The translations under genes and the position numbers were made by a program. This document shows, piece by piece, positions 15,204-25,170 of a DNA stretch of 25,170 nt. The stretch is from assembly GCA_046598045.1 (NCBI GenBank), contig JBKJJJ010000007.1, positions 1 through 25,170 on the forward strand. Reading direction: 5' to 3'. The notes beneath the pieces were generated by a model, which worked only from the letters and a program-made list of their open reading frames with translations, made no database searches and was not told the DNA's origin. The stretch is from Candidatus Eiseniibacteriota bacterium (lineage in GTDB: Bacteria > Eisenbacteria > RBG-16-71-46 > DASYSL01). Every line of letters begins with the position of its first letter. Position 1 is the first letter of the stretch.

Positions 15204-18080
15204 TTAGGGCGCGACCGCCAGCGGCTTCGCGTCCGTCCCGCGATACGTGATCGTCCCCAGGTTCAGCTTCGCGATCTGGGGCTCGATCACCGCGCGGTCG
15301 CCGATCGCGATCACCTTCATCTGGTCCGGCGTGAGGAAGCCCTTCGCCACGCCCTGGACCTCGGCCGCGCTCAGGCCCGCGATGCGCGAGGGCAGGCCGG
15401 CATAGTAGTCCGGCGGCAGCTCGAACAGGTACAGGTTGCCGATCGTGCCGACCGTGCTGTTCGAGGTCTCGAACAACGCCGGCAGCGAGCGCGACACCGA
15501 GTCCTTCGCGAGGTCCAACTCCTCGGCGGTCACCGGGGCGTCCTGCATGCCCTTGACCTCCTTGAGGATTTCCTCGATCGCCGGGCCGGTGACGTCGGTG
15601 CGCACCGCGGCGCCGACGACGAACGGTCCCGCGCCGCGATTGTCCTGCTGGAACGAGAACGCGCCGTAGGTGTAACCGTGCTTCTCGCGCAGGTTCATGT
15701 TCACGCGGCTGGCGAACAGCCCGCCCAGCACCTGGTTCATGACGTTCATCTTCTCGTAGTTCGGGTCGTTGCGCGCCATGCCGACCTGCGCGACCGCGAC
15801 CGCCGTCTGCGGCGCGCCCGACTTGTCGACGATCACCACGCGCTCCGGGATCGACGTGCCGGCCGGCGGACGCGGGGTCTCCGTGCCGGTGCCGCGCCAC
15901 TTGCCGAACGCGCTCTCGGCGAGCGTCTTCGCCTCGGCGACGGTGAGGTCGCCGGCGAGCACGAGCGCGGCGTTCTGCGGGCCGTAGGACGCGCGCCAGA
16001 AGTTGACCAGCTCGTCCCGCGTGATCGCCGCAACCGCGTCGTCGTTGCCGAGTGCGACGTGACCGTAGGGGTGGTTCGGGCCGTACATGCACGAATAGAG
16101 CACCCGGAACGCGGTCTGGAACGGCGAGTCCTTCTGCTGAAGGATCGACGTCAGGCGGTCGTTGCGCACGCGCTCGACGTCGGTCGCGGGGAACGACGGT
16201 TCGAGCACGACCTGGGACGCGAGCGCGATCACCTGCGGCGCGGTCCCCTTGATCGAGCGCCACGACACGTAGCTGCCGTCCGTGCCCGAGCTCGAGCCGA
16301 GCGAACCGCCCAACGCCTCGAGCTGCTCGGCGATCTGGAGCGCGTCGAGCTTCGCCGTGCCCTCATCGAGCATCGCGGCGGTGAAGCCCGCGAGCCCCGG
16401 CTTGCCGGCGGGATCGGACGCGCTGCCCGAGCGCACGACGAGCTGGCCCGCGACCACCGGGAGCGCCTTCTGCTCGACGACGTAGACCGTGAGGCCGTTC
16501 TCGAGCTTGAACGTCTTCGCGTTCGGCAGCGCGGCGGTCGACACCGCGCCCGGCTTCGGCTGCGTGGTGCGCCACGGCTCGGTGGTGGACATCGGGACTT
16601 CGACCTTCGTCACCGGCGCCGGCGTGGGCGGGGCCGCGGGGATGACCTTTTCCCCCGGGTTGACCAGCACCACGGCGCGCTTGTTCTTCGCGAGCTCGGT
16701 GGCCGCGATCTGCTTCACGCCCTCGGCGGTCACCGCGGCATAGCGCTCGAGGTCCTTGTTGAGGTAGCCCGGATCCTTGAGGTGATGATTGTAGAAGTTC
16801 AGCCGATCGGCCACGCCGGAGCAGCCGCCGCTCCCGCCGCCCACTCCGCCCAGATTCTCGAGGCTCTCGACGATGTCCGAGTAGATGCCGGTCTTCGCCG
16901 CCGCGAGTTCGTCAGCGGTCGGGCCGGTCTGCCCGAGGCGCTCGACCTCGGCCCACACCGCCTGTTCGACCTCGTCGGCCGTGTGGCCCGGCTTGGCGGT
17001 GGCGGTGATCTCGAACACCGAGCCGAGCGACAGCGTCTGCTGCACCGCGCTCACGCTCTGCGCGATCTTCTTGTCGTAGACCAGCGACTTGTACAGGCGG
17101 CTTGCCTTACCGCCGCCCAGGATGCGCGCCGCGATCACGGCCTCGGCGTCGCCGGGCTTGAAGATCGGCGGCGTGATCCACGCCATGAACACGCGCGGCA
17201 ACTCGACCTTGTCGGTCACGACGGCACGGTGCTCCGACGTGATCGGGGGCGTCGTCGCGGTGATCGGCGGCACGGGGTCGCCCTTGGGCAGCGTGGCGAA
17301 ATACTTCTCGATCAGCGCCTTGGTCTTCGCGACATCGATGTCGCCGACGACCACGAGCGAGGCGTTGTTCGGGCAGTAGTAGCGCTGGAAGAAGTGGCGC
17401 ACGTCGCCCAGCTTCGCGTTCTGGATGTCCTCGTGCGAGCCGATCACCGACGCGTAGTAGGGGTGACCCTTCGGAAAGAGCTGGTGGTAGAGCTCCTCCT
17501 CGCCGAGGCCGTAGGGCGCGTTCTCGACGCTCTGGCGACGCTCGTTGCGCACCACGTCCTGCTGGTTCGAGAGGTTCGTCTGGTCGAGCTTGTGGAGCAG
17601 GAAGCCCATGCGGTCGGACTCCAGCCAGAGCGCGAGCTCGAGCTGGTTCGAGGGCAGGTCCTCCATGTAGTTCGTGCGGTCGAAGTCGGTCGTGCCGTTG
17701 ATGTTCGACGCGCCGGCGGCCTCGAGCAGCTTGAACTGGGCGTCGTCCGCGACGTGGCCCGAGCCCTGGAACATCATGTGCTCGAACAGGTGGGCGAACC
17801 CGGTGAGACCTTCGGTCTCGTTCGCCGGTCCGACGTGGTACCAGACGTTGACGGCGACCATCGGAACCCGCGGGTCCCTGCGGAGGATCACGTCGAGTCC
17901 GTTCGGCAGCGTGTACTTCTCGTAGTCGAGCTGGATCATGGGGGGCTTGGTGGCCTTCGGCGTCGCGGCCCGGACAGCCACGACAGCGGTGACGAGGAGG
18001 GCCGATGCCACGGCCGCGAGGGCGCCGAGCCGACGCGTCCCACGCGCGGCCTGCGCCCAAAGCTCTGGATGCTGCCTCAT
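15204..18080 (-). CDS. M16 family (pitrilysin/PqqL-like) single-chain zinc peptidase, exported
   Basis: HLFEH (HxxEH), NGTT.FDRTNY, VVRNERRQ, LREKHGYTYG; signal-like N-terminus; GGAG RBS. Confidence 0.95.
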   Translation of the reverse strand: MRQHPELWAQAARGTRRLGALAAVASALLVTAVVAVRAATPKATKPPMIQLDYEKYTLPNGLDVILRRDPRVPMVAVNVWYHVGPANETEGLTGFAHLFEHMMFQGSGHVADDAQFKLLEAAGASNINGTTDFDRTNYMEDLPSNQLELALWLESDRMGFLLHKLDQTNLSNQQDVVRNERRQSVENAPYGLGEEELYHQLFPKGHPYYASVIGSHEDIQNAKLGDVRHFFQRYYCPNNASLVVVGDIDVAKTKALIEKYFATLPKGDPVPPITATTPPITSEHRAVVTDKVELPRVFMAWITPPIFKPGDAEAVIAARILGGGKASRLYKSLVYDKKIAQSVSAVQQTLSLGSVFEITATAKPGHTADEVEQAVWAEVERLGQTGPTADELAAAKTGIYSDIVESLENLGGVGGGSGGCSGVADRLNFYNHHLKDPGYLNKDLERYAAVTAEGVKQIAATELAKNKRAVVLVNPGEKVIPAAPPTPAPVTKVEVPMSTTEPWRTTQPKPGAVSTAALPNAKTFKLENGLTVYVVEQKALPVVAGQLVVRSGSASDPAGKPGLAGFTAAMLDEGTAKLDALQIAEQLEALGGSLGSSSGTDGSYVSWRSIKGTAPQVIALASQVVLEPSFPATDVERVRNDRLTSILQQKDSPFQTAFRVLYSCMYGPNHPYGHVALGNDDAVAAITRDELVNFWRASYGPQNAALVLAGDLTVAEAKTLAESAFGKWRGTGTETPRPPAGTSIPERVVIVDKSGAPQTAVAVAQVGMARNDPNYEKMNVMNQVLGGLFASRVNMNLREKHGYTYGAFSFQQDNRGAGPFVVGAAVRTDVTGPAIEEILKEVKGMQDAPVTAEELDLAKDSVSRSLPALFETSNSTVGTIGNLYLFELPPDYYAGLPSRIAGLSAAEVQGVAKGFLTPDQMKVIAIGDRAVIEPQIAKLNLGTITYRGTDAKPLAVAP

Positions 18081-18293
18081 GCGGGTTCTCCCTGGTTAAG
18101 GAAAAGGGTGGCGAGGGTAATCGGCGCAACTGTAAGCCGCTAGGCCCGAACGGCCGCGTCATTTTGGGGTCAAAGGGTCGCCTTTGTGTACTTTTTCACG
18201 AGCCGCGCCCGGGCCGGAATCCGCCTCCGGGTTCGGCAGCTAAGTGACGGCCGGGCAAGACATTCCCGGGACAATTCGCGGCGGTTTCGGGGC

Positions 18294-18323
18294 TTGACGC
18301 GATTGTCGTCCCGTGGGTACAGT
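18294..18323 (+). promoter_or_regulatory. Putative sigma70-type promoter (TTGACG-N18-TACAGT) for the nifU-mrp-ispG operon
   Basis: Near-consensus hexamers in the divergent intergenic region, 80 nt upstream of ATG 18404. Confidence 0.55.
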
Positions 18324-18403
18324 GCGGACGTAGCCTACCGTCCGGGTGGGGAATGACCCCGGGTGCGGTCCCACCCTCGAATCGGGAAGGCCCCGGAGAA
18401 CCC

Positions 18404-18678
18404 ATGGAAGATACCGCGCACCTGCAGCCCGCCCGCCTCGGCCTCGAGCTCGAGGTGCAGTCCGTGCTCGAGGAGATCCGCCCCGCGATCCAGATGGATG
18501 GCGGCGACGTCGAGTTCGTGAGCCTGGATGACGCCGGCAAGGTCACCGTGCGCCTGCTCGGCGCGTGCACCGGCTGCGCGATGTCGCAGCTCACCCTCAA
18601 GCAGGGCATCGAGAACCTGCTGCTCTCACGCCTCGAAGGCGTGACCTCGGTCGAAGCCGAGGGCCTCGAGACGCCCGC

Positions 18679-18682
<4 letters not shown>
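18404..18682 (+). CDS. NifU C-terminal domain (Nfu-type) Fe-S carrier protein
   Basis: IRPAIQMDGGDVE, GACTGC (CxxC), TLKQGIE; GGAG RBS before ATG 18404. Confidence 0.93.
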
Positions 18683-19746
<1,064 letters not shown>

Positions 19747-19756
19747 GGATCCACTC

Positions 19757-20962
19757 TTGAGCGAGCCCAGCGGTACCAGCCCCGGAAATGCGACGTTCGG
19801 CGATTCGATCGAGATTCGCACCGAGGGCCTAGGCCCCGCGGGCAAGGACGGCGTGCGCACCGCGCCGCGCGACGCCACTCGCCGCGTGCACGTCGGCAAG
19901 GTGCCGATCGGCGGCGGCGCGCCGGTGGCCGTGCAGTCGATGACCACCACCATGACGTGGGACGTGTCCGCCACCATGGAGCAGATCCGGCGCCTCGACG
20001 AGGCCGGCTGCGAGATCGTCCGCGTGGCCGTTCCCGACGAGAAGTCGGCCGACGCGCTGCCCGAGATCGTCCGGCTGTCGCCGCTGCCGGTGGTCGCCGA
20101 CATCCACTTCACCTGGAAGCTCGGGCTCAAGGCGATCGCCGCGGGCGTCCACAAGGTGCGCATCAACCCGGGCAACATCGGCGGGGAATCGCGCGTCCAG
20201 GAGATCGTCGCGGCGGCGAAGGACAAGGGCATCCCGATCCGCGTCGGCGCGAACGCCGGGTCGCTGCCGAAGGAGATCATCGCGAAGTACGGCGTGCACG
20301 ATCCGCTCGGCATCGTCGAGGCGGCGCTGATCCCGATCGGCATCCTCGAGAAGGCCGGCTTCGAGGACATCGTGGTGTCGATGAAGGCGTCGGACGTCGG
20401 GCTCGCGGTCGCGAGCTACCGCCTGGCGTCGAAGCGCATCCCGTACCCGCTGCACATCGGGATCACCGAGGCGGGCTCGAGCAAGCGCGGATCGATCAAG
20501 TCGGCGGTCGGTCTCGGCATGTTGCTGGAGGAGGGAATCGGCGACACCATGCGGGTCTCGCTCACCGCGGACCCGGTCGAGGAGATCGAGACCGCGTTCA
20601 TGATCCTCTCGGCCGTGGGCCTCAGGCAGCGCGGGCCGGAGGTCATCTCCTGTCCGTCCTGCGGACGTTGCGACATCGACCTGATCGGCCTCGCGACCAC
20701 GGTCGAGGAACGCGTCCGGGCGCTCGGCACGAAGATCCCGCTCAAGGTCGCGGTCATGGGTTGTGAGGTCAACGGTCCCGGCGAGGCGCGCGATGCCGAT
20801 GTGGGCATCGCGGGCGGCCTGCACGAGGGCCTGATCTTCAAGAATGGCGAGATCCTGCGCAAGGTGAAGGAGAACCGCGTGGTCGACGAACTGATGGTCG
20901 AAGTGGAAAAGGTGCTGCGCGACAAGGAAGCCGAAGCCGCGCGCAGGGAGGGCGGCGCGTGA
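19757..20962 (+). CDS. ispG: 4-hydroxy-3-methylbut-2-en-1-yl diphosphate synthase (IspG/GcpE)
   Basis: VQSMT, ADIHF, RINPGNIG, HIGITEAG, GDTMRVSL, CPSCGR, MGCEVNGPGE; TTG start after GAGGA is inferred. Confidence 0.96.
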   Translation: MSEPSGTSPGNATFGDSIEIRTEGLGPAGKDGVRTAPRDATRRVHVGKVPIGGGAPVAVQSMTTTMTWDVSATMEQIRRLDEAGCEIVRVAVPDEKSADALPEIVRLSPLPVVADIHFTWKLGLKAIAAGVHKVRINPGNIGGESRVQEIVAAAKDKGIPIRVGANAGSLPKEIIAKYGVHDPLGIVEAALIPIGILEKAGFEDIVVSMKASDVGLAVASYRLASKRIPYPLHIGITEAGSSKRGSIKSAVGLGMLLEEGIGDTMRVSLTADPVEEIETAFMILSAVGLRQRGPEVISCPSCGRCDIDLIGLATTVEERVRALGTKIPLKVAVMGCEVNGPGEARDADVGIAGGLHEGLIFKNGEILRKVKENRVVDELMVEVEKVLRDKEAEAARREGGA

Positions 20963-20975
20963 GCGCCGTGAGCCG

Positions 20976-21464
20976 ATGAAGATCTCGAGTCGCGGACAGT
21001 ACGGATTGCGCGCGCTGGCGGTGCTGGCGCGGCGCCACGGGAACGGACCGACGCAGGTGCGCGAGATTGCGCGCGAGGAGTCGTTGTCGGCCAAGTACCT
21101 CGAGCAGTTGCTCGGGCGGCTGCGCGCCGGCGGGCTGGTCAAGAGCGTGCGCGGCGCGCGCGGGGGCTACCAGCTGTCCCGCGAGCCGGTCGCGATCACG
21201 GTGCGCGAGGTGCTGGTCGTGCTCGAGGGCTCGCTCGCGCCGGTGGGATGTGTCGATCCGAGCGGCGCGTGCCGCGATGAATCAGCCTGCACTGCGCACG
21301 CGGTGTGGGCGGGCCTGCACGAGACCGTGCTGGCCTACCTGGGCTCTTACACGCTCGCGGACCTGGTCGATCGGTCTTCGGAGCGCGCGCCATCCGCCTC
21401 GAACGAGGCCGAGGATGGCGCGACGCCCGAGGACGCGCTCGCGTCCGCCGGCGCGCGAGGTTGA
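20976..21464 (+). CDS. Rrf2 family transcription regulator (IscR/CymR-like)
   Basis: [15 protein letters not shown]-x6-C-x5-C-x2-H. Confidence 0.93.
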   Translation: MKISSRGQYGLRALAVLARRHGNGPTQVREIAREESLSAKYLEQLLGRLRAGGLVKSVRGARGGYQLSREPVAITVREVLVVLEGSLAPVGCVDPSGACRDESACTAHAVWAGLHETVLAYLGSYTLADLVDRSSERAPSASNEAEDGATPEDALASAGARG

Positions 21465-21465
21465 C

Positions 21466-22527
21466 ATGAACCAGCAGGAGACGACATTCCGGCTCAAGGT
21501 CGGCCTGGCGGAGATGCTCAAGGGCGGCGTGATCATGGACGTGAGCAACGTCGACCAGGCGAAGGTCGCCGAGGAGGCGGGGGCGGTGGCCGTGATGGCG
21601 CTCGAACGCATTCCCTCGGAGATCCGCGCCGACGGCGGCGTGGCGCGCATGTCGCACCCGAAGATGATCGAGGAGATCCAGGCGGCGGTGACGATCCCGG
21701 TGATGGCCAAGTGCCGGATCGGCCACTTCGTCGAGGCGCAGGTGCTCGAGGCGCTGGGCGTGGACTTCATCGACGAGTCCGAGGTGCTGACCCCCGCGGA
21801 CGAGGAGCATCACGTCGCGAAGCACGGGTTCAAGGTCCCGTTCGTCTGCGGCTGCCGCAACCTGGGCGAGGCGCTCAGGCGCGTCGCCGAAGGCGCCGCG
21901 ATGATCCGCACCAAGGGCGAGGCCGGCACCGGCGACGTGGTCGAGGCGGTGCGGCACATGCGCCAGGTGCAGCGCGAGATCCGTGCGCTCACGACCATGA
22001 AGCCCGAGGAGCTCTACGCCGAGGCGAAGCGCCTGATGGCGCCCTACGAGCTCGTCGCCGAGGTCGCGCGGACCGGCAAGCTGCCGGTGCCGAACTTCGC
22101 CGCGGGCGGCGTGGCGACGCCCGCCGACGCCGCACTCATGATGCAGCTCGGCGCGGAGACCGTGTTCGTCGGCTCGGGCATCTTCAAGGTCGACGACCCG
22201 CGCGACGGGTCGACCGATCCCCTCGAGCAGGAAGCCGCGCACGCGAAGGGCCTGATGGACGCGCTGCGCCGCGCCGCGACCGACCCGGCGAAGGCCGGCG
22301 CCGAGCGCTCGGCCGCGCAGGTCGAGCTCGCGCGCTGCGAGCAATTGCTCTACCGCTGGAAGCTCGGCGTTTCGCGTACGCGCGCGCAGGCGATCGTGCG
22401 CGCGGTCGCGCACTTCGGCGACCCGAAGGCCGTGCTCGAGGCCAGCCGGGCGACCGACACCGGGATGCGCGGCATCGCCGCCGCGGCGCTGCCCGCGGGC
22501 GAGCAGCTCGCGCCGCGCGGATGGTGA
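21466..22527 (+). CDS. pdxS: Pyridoxal 5'-phosphate synthase lyase subunit PdxS, with internal insertion
   Basis: [57 protein letters not shown]-terminal RGW. Confidence 0.97.
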   Translation: MNQQETTFRLKVGLAEMLKGGVIMDVSNVDQAKVAEEAGAVAVMALERIPSEIRADGGVARMSHPKMIEEIQAAVTIPVMAKCRIGHFVEAQVLEALGVDFIDESEVLTPADEEHHVAKHGFKVPFVCGCRNLGEALRRVAEGAAMIRTKGEAGTGDVVEAVRHMRQVQREIRALTTMKPEELYAEAKRLMAPYELVAEVARTGKLPVPNFAAGGVATPADAALMMQLGAETVFVGSGIFKVDDPRDGSTDPLEQEAAHAKGLMDALRRAATDPAKAGAERSAAQVELARCEQLLYRWKLGVSRTRAQAIVRAVAHFGDPKAVLEASRATDTGMRGIAAAALPAGEQLAPRGW

Positions 22528-23159
22528 TGGCCGGCCCGGGCGGCGAGGCTGCGCCGCTGGTCGGCGTGTTCGCGCTCCAGGGGGACTTTGCCCGCCACGC
22601 CGAGGCATGGGAGCTTGCCGGCGCCCGCACGCGCGAGGTGCGCACCGCCTCCGACTTCGACGGGCTCGACGCGCTGTCGCTGCCCGGCGGCGAATCCACG
22701 ACCATGCTACGACTGCTCGGGGTGACCGGCCTGAGGCCGCGTTTCGAGGCGGCGGTGGCGGCCCTGCCCGTGTTCGCGACCTGCGCCGGGGCGATCCTGC
22801 TCGGTCAGGGCGGGGAGCGCCTGCCCGCGCCGCCCCTGGGGGTGCTCGACGCGGACGTGTCGCGCAACGCCTACGGCCGGCAGGTCGACTCGTTCGAGGA
22901 TGCGCTCGATTGCCCCGTGCTCGGCCCCGGCGTGAAGGTCTCCGGCATGTTCATCCGCGCGCCGCGCTTCACGCGCGTGGGCAAGGGCGTCGAGGTCATC
23001 GCCTCCCGCAGGGGCGAAGCGGTGGGGGTGCGGCAGGGCCGCCTGGTGGCGCTCGCGTTCCACCCCGAGCTGACCGACGATCGCCGCCTCCTCTCCTGGT
23101 TCCTCGACGCGGTGGTCCTCCCCGCGCGGCGCGCGGCGACGACGGAGGTGGTGCGATGA
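22527..23159 (+). CDS. pdxT: PLP synthase glutaminase subunit PdxT
   Basis: ALQGDF, PGGESTT, TCAG, RNAYGRQVDSF, FIRAP, FHPEL; TGATG overlap (ATG 22521 is also in frame). Confidence 0.96.
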   Translation: MAGPGGEAAPLVGVFALQGDFARHAEAWELAGARTREVRTASDFDGLDALSLPGGESTTMLRLLGVTGLRPRFEAAVAALPVFATCAGAILLGQGGERLPAPPLGVLDADVSRNAYGRQVDSFEDALDCPVLGPGVKVSGMFIRAPRFTRVGKGVEVIASRRGEAVGVRQGRLVALAFHPELTDDRRLLSWFLDAVVLPARRAATTEVVR

Positions 23160-24208
23160 GCGTCCCGGTGATGGACCCGCGCTGGCAGGCGTTCGACGAG
23201 CTGGTGCGCACCAGGCAGCACTTCGTGCTCTCGACGCACGTCAACCCGGACGGCGACGGGCTCGGCTCCGAGGTCGCGCTCGGCCTCTACCTGAAGGCGC
23301 GCGGCAAGGACGTCGTGGTATTCAATGACGGGCCCGCGCCGCACAATTTTGCGTTCCTCGAGAAATTGCTGACGCTCGAGGCCTTCACGCCCGAGCGCGC
23401 CGAGGCGGTGTTCGCGCGCGCCGAGGTCCTGGTCGTGCTCGACATGCAGAATCGGGAGCGTCTCGGCCGGGTCGCCCCGTTCGTCGACCGGCCCGGTCTC
23501 ATGACCGTGATCCTCGACCATCACGTGGGTGACGCCGCGTTCGGGCAGCTCAACGTGGTCGTCCCCGAGAAGGCCGCGACCGGCGAGTTGATCTACGACT
23601 ACCTCAAGCTCGATCCCGAACGCTTCACGCGCCCGATGGCCGACGCGCTCTACGCCGCGCTGGTCACCGACACGGGTTCGTTCCGGCACTCGAACACGGA
23701 CTCGGACGTGCACCTGATGGCGGCCCACCTGCTGTCGCTCGGGGTCCAGTCCGCGGTCGTGCAGGCGGAGATCAACCGCCAGCGGCACATGGACCGGCTG
23801 CGCTTCGTGGGCCAGCTATTGCAGGACTTGAAGAGCAGCGCCGACGGGTCGATCGCCTGGTTCGAGGTCACGCCGGAGCTGTTCGCGCGCTACCACGTGG
23901 ACGGCTCGGACACCGAAGGCCTGGTCGACTTCCCGCGCACGGTCCCGGGGGTGGAGGCCGTCATGATGCTGACCGATCTCGGCGACCACCGCGTCAAGGT
24001 GAGCATGCGCTCCTCGGGGCGGGTCGACGTCAACAAGGTGGCGCAGGCGCTCGGCGGCGGCGGGCACAAGTTCGCCGCCGGGATCACGCTGACGGGCTCG
24101 CTGGAGGATGCGCGGCGGACCATGTTGGCCAGCCTCGAAGCGGCCGTGGCCGCGCTCGATCCCGCGGCGTTGCCCTATGCCGGCGCGACACCGCCGGCCG
24201 GACGCTAG
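23156..24208 (+). CDS. nrnA: DHH/DHHA1 bifunctional oligoribonuclease / pAp phosphatase
   Basis: H.NPDGDGLGS, LDHH, TDTGSF, SMRS, GGGGH; ATGA overlap with GGAGG RBS. Confidence 0.92.
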   Translation: MSVPVMDPRWQAFDELVRTRQHFVLSTHVNPDGDGLGSEVALGLYLKARGKDVVVFNDGPAPHNFAFLEKLLTLEAFTPERAEAVFARAEVLVVLDMQNRERLGRVAPFVDRPGLMTVILDHHVGDAAFGQLNVVVPEKAATGELIYDYLKLDPERFTRPMADALYAALVTDTGSFRHSNTDSDVHLMAAHLLSLGVQSAVVQAEINRQRHMDRLRFVGQLLQDLKSSADGSIAWFEVTPELFARYHVDGSDTEGLVDFPRTVPGVEAVMMLTDLGDHRVKVSMRSSGRVDVNKVAQALGGGGHKFAAGITLTGSLEDARRTMLASLEAAVAALDPAALPYAGATPPAGR

Positions 24209-24223
24209 GAGCGCCGGCGCTTC

Positions 24224-24838
24224 GTGCGCGTGCGCGCGGAGGACCTGGGAGTGCGCCTCGGAGGGCGCGTCGTGTTCTCCGGGCTCCACTTCACGTGGGA
24301 GGGGCCGGGGACGATCGCGGTCACCGGGGCGAACGGCTCAGGCAAGACGACGCTGCTCAAGGTGCTCGCGGGGCTGCTCGCGGCCGGGCGCGGTCGGGTG
24401 GCGTGGGACGAGGATGGGCGCGCGCTCAAGGCCGTGGACGCGCGGGCGCGGCTGGGCTTCGTCAGCCCCGAGCTTGGGCTCTACGAGGACCTGAGCGCGC
24501 ACGAGAACCTCGCGTTCTTCGCGCAGGCGCGCGGCATGGCGTGGCAGCGCGCCGAGGGCGAGGCGTGGTTCGCGCGCCTCGGCCTCGGCGGTCGCGGCGA
24601 TGAGCGGCTCGCCGGGTACTCCTCGGGCATGAAGCAGCGCGTCAAGCTCGCGTTCGCGCTCATGGCGCGGCCCGGCCTCGTGCTGCTGGATGAGCCGGGC
24701 TCGAACCTCGACGCCTCGGGCAAGGGCGTGCTGGAGGGCCTGGTGCGCGAGGCGTCCCTAAGCGCGCTGGTCGTGGTCGCGACCAACGATCCGGCCGAGG
24801 CGGCGTGGGCGACGTCGCGCCTCGAGTTGTCGGCCTGA
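24224..24838 (+). CDS. ccmA: ABC ATPase, likely cytochrome c maturation CcmA
   Basis: GANGSGKTT, ENL.F, YSSGMKQR, LDEP; adjacent to ccmB. Confidence 0.8.
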   Translation: MRVRAEDLGVRLGGRVVFSGLHFTWEGPGTIAVTGANGSGKTTLLKVLAGLLAAGRGRVAWDEDGRALKAVDARARLGFVSPELGLYEDLSAHENLAFFAQARGMAWQRAEGEAWFARLGLGGRGDERLAGYSSGMKQRVKLAFALMARPGLVLLDEPGSNLDASGKGVLEGLVREASLSALVVVATNDPAEAAWATSRLELSA

Positions 24839-25170
24839 TGCGCGCGGCCTGGGCGGTGTTCGCCAAGGACGTGCGCACCGAGCTCAGGGCGCGCTACGCG
24901 CTGGCGGCGACGTTCGTGTTCGCGCTGTCGACGCTCGCCATCGTCAGCTACGCGGTCGGGCCGTTCGGCGGCCGGGCCGAGTTGCTGGCGGCATTCCTTT
25001 GGACCGTGCTGCTGTTCTCGGCGGCGGCGGGGCTGGCGCAGGCATTCGTGCGTGAGGTCGAGCGACGCACCTGGCTGACGCTTCGCCTGGTGGCGCCGCC
25101 GGAATCGATCCTGCTCGGCAAGTGGGCGGTGAACCTCGTGCTCCTGCTCGCCACCGAGGCGGTGGTGGTG
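24838..25170 (+). CDS. ccmB: Cytochrome c maturation permease CcmB (partial, runs off the window)
   Basis: TGATG overlap; my translation MRAAWAVFAKDVRTELR...W..LLFS...F.RE.E..T...L.L...ILLGK matches the CcmB pattern; absent from the ORF track because there is no stop in the window. Confidence 0.85.
   Translation, partial: MRAAWAVFAKDVRTELRARYALAATFVFALSTLAIVSYAVGPFGGRAELLAAFLWTVLLFSAAAGLAQAFVREVERRTWLTLRLVAPPESILLGKWAVNLVLLLATEAVVV

Noticed and set aside
14979..18143. 1054-aa + strand ORF
   Set aside because: Antisense shadow of the M16 peptidase
18200..18283. Possible multibranch fold in the intergenic region (GCCGCG/CGCGGC, CCGGA/TCCGG, CCGGG/CCCGG)
   Set aside because: Stems are only 5-6 bp in very GC-rich DNA, with no clear promoter, terminator or known motif
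18324..18345. tRNA-like 5' start GCGGACGTAGC
   Set aside because: No cloverleaf, no properly placed T-loop and no acceptor 3' strand; it is only a local hairpin
21461..21466. Perfect TTGACA at the Rrf2/pdxS junction
   Set aside because: Formed by the stop and start codons; no -10 element at the right spacing

Overview
High-GC bacterial chromosomal segment, almost entirely housekeeping. The lineage is plausibly FCB-related (for example Eisenbacteria-like); this is inferred only from gene content and an FlgD-Ig/T9SS-like tailed secreted protein. Layout: (1) a tightly packed + strand run mreB-mreC-mreD-mrdA-rodA-lgt-aroE-comF-cbiM/Q/O-like ECF transporter-rarA-secreted repeat protein (6-13217); (2) a structured intergenic element followed by a GT2 glycosyltransferase and a UPF0104 flippase-like gene; (3) a convergent - strand M16 zinc peptidase ending at a UUCG terminator; (4) a divergent + strand run NifU-domain/Mrp/ispG/Rrf2 (IscR-like)/pdxS/pdxT/nrnA/ccmA/ccmB (ccmB truncated by the window edge). 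No mobile element, CRISPR array, tRNA or rRNA was seen, and I found no clear-cut novel system. Best leads: a promoter-flanked three-way-junction RNA candidate at ~13266-13342, a ~58-aa insertion in PdxS, an atypical Cys/His-decorated metal ECF transporter, the GWP-repeat secreted protein, the Fe-S/IspG/PLP gene cluster, and clustered D-S/T-x motifs in periplasmic tails. Several start codons were moved downstream of the ORF-track starts using RBS and overlap evidence.
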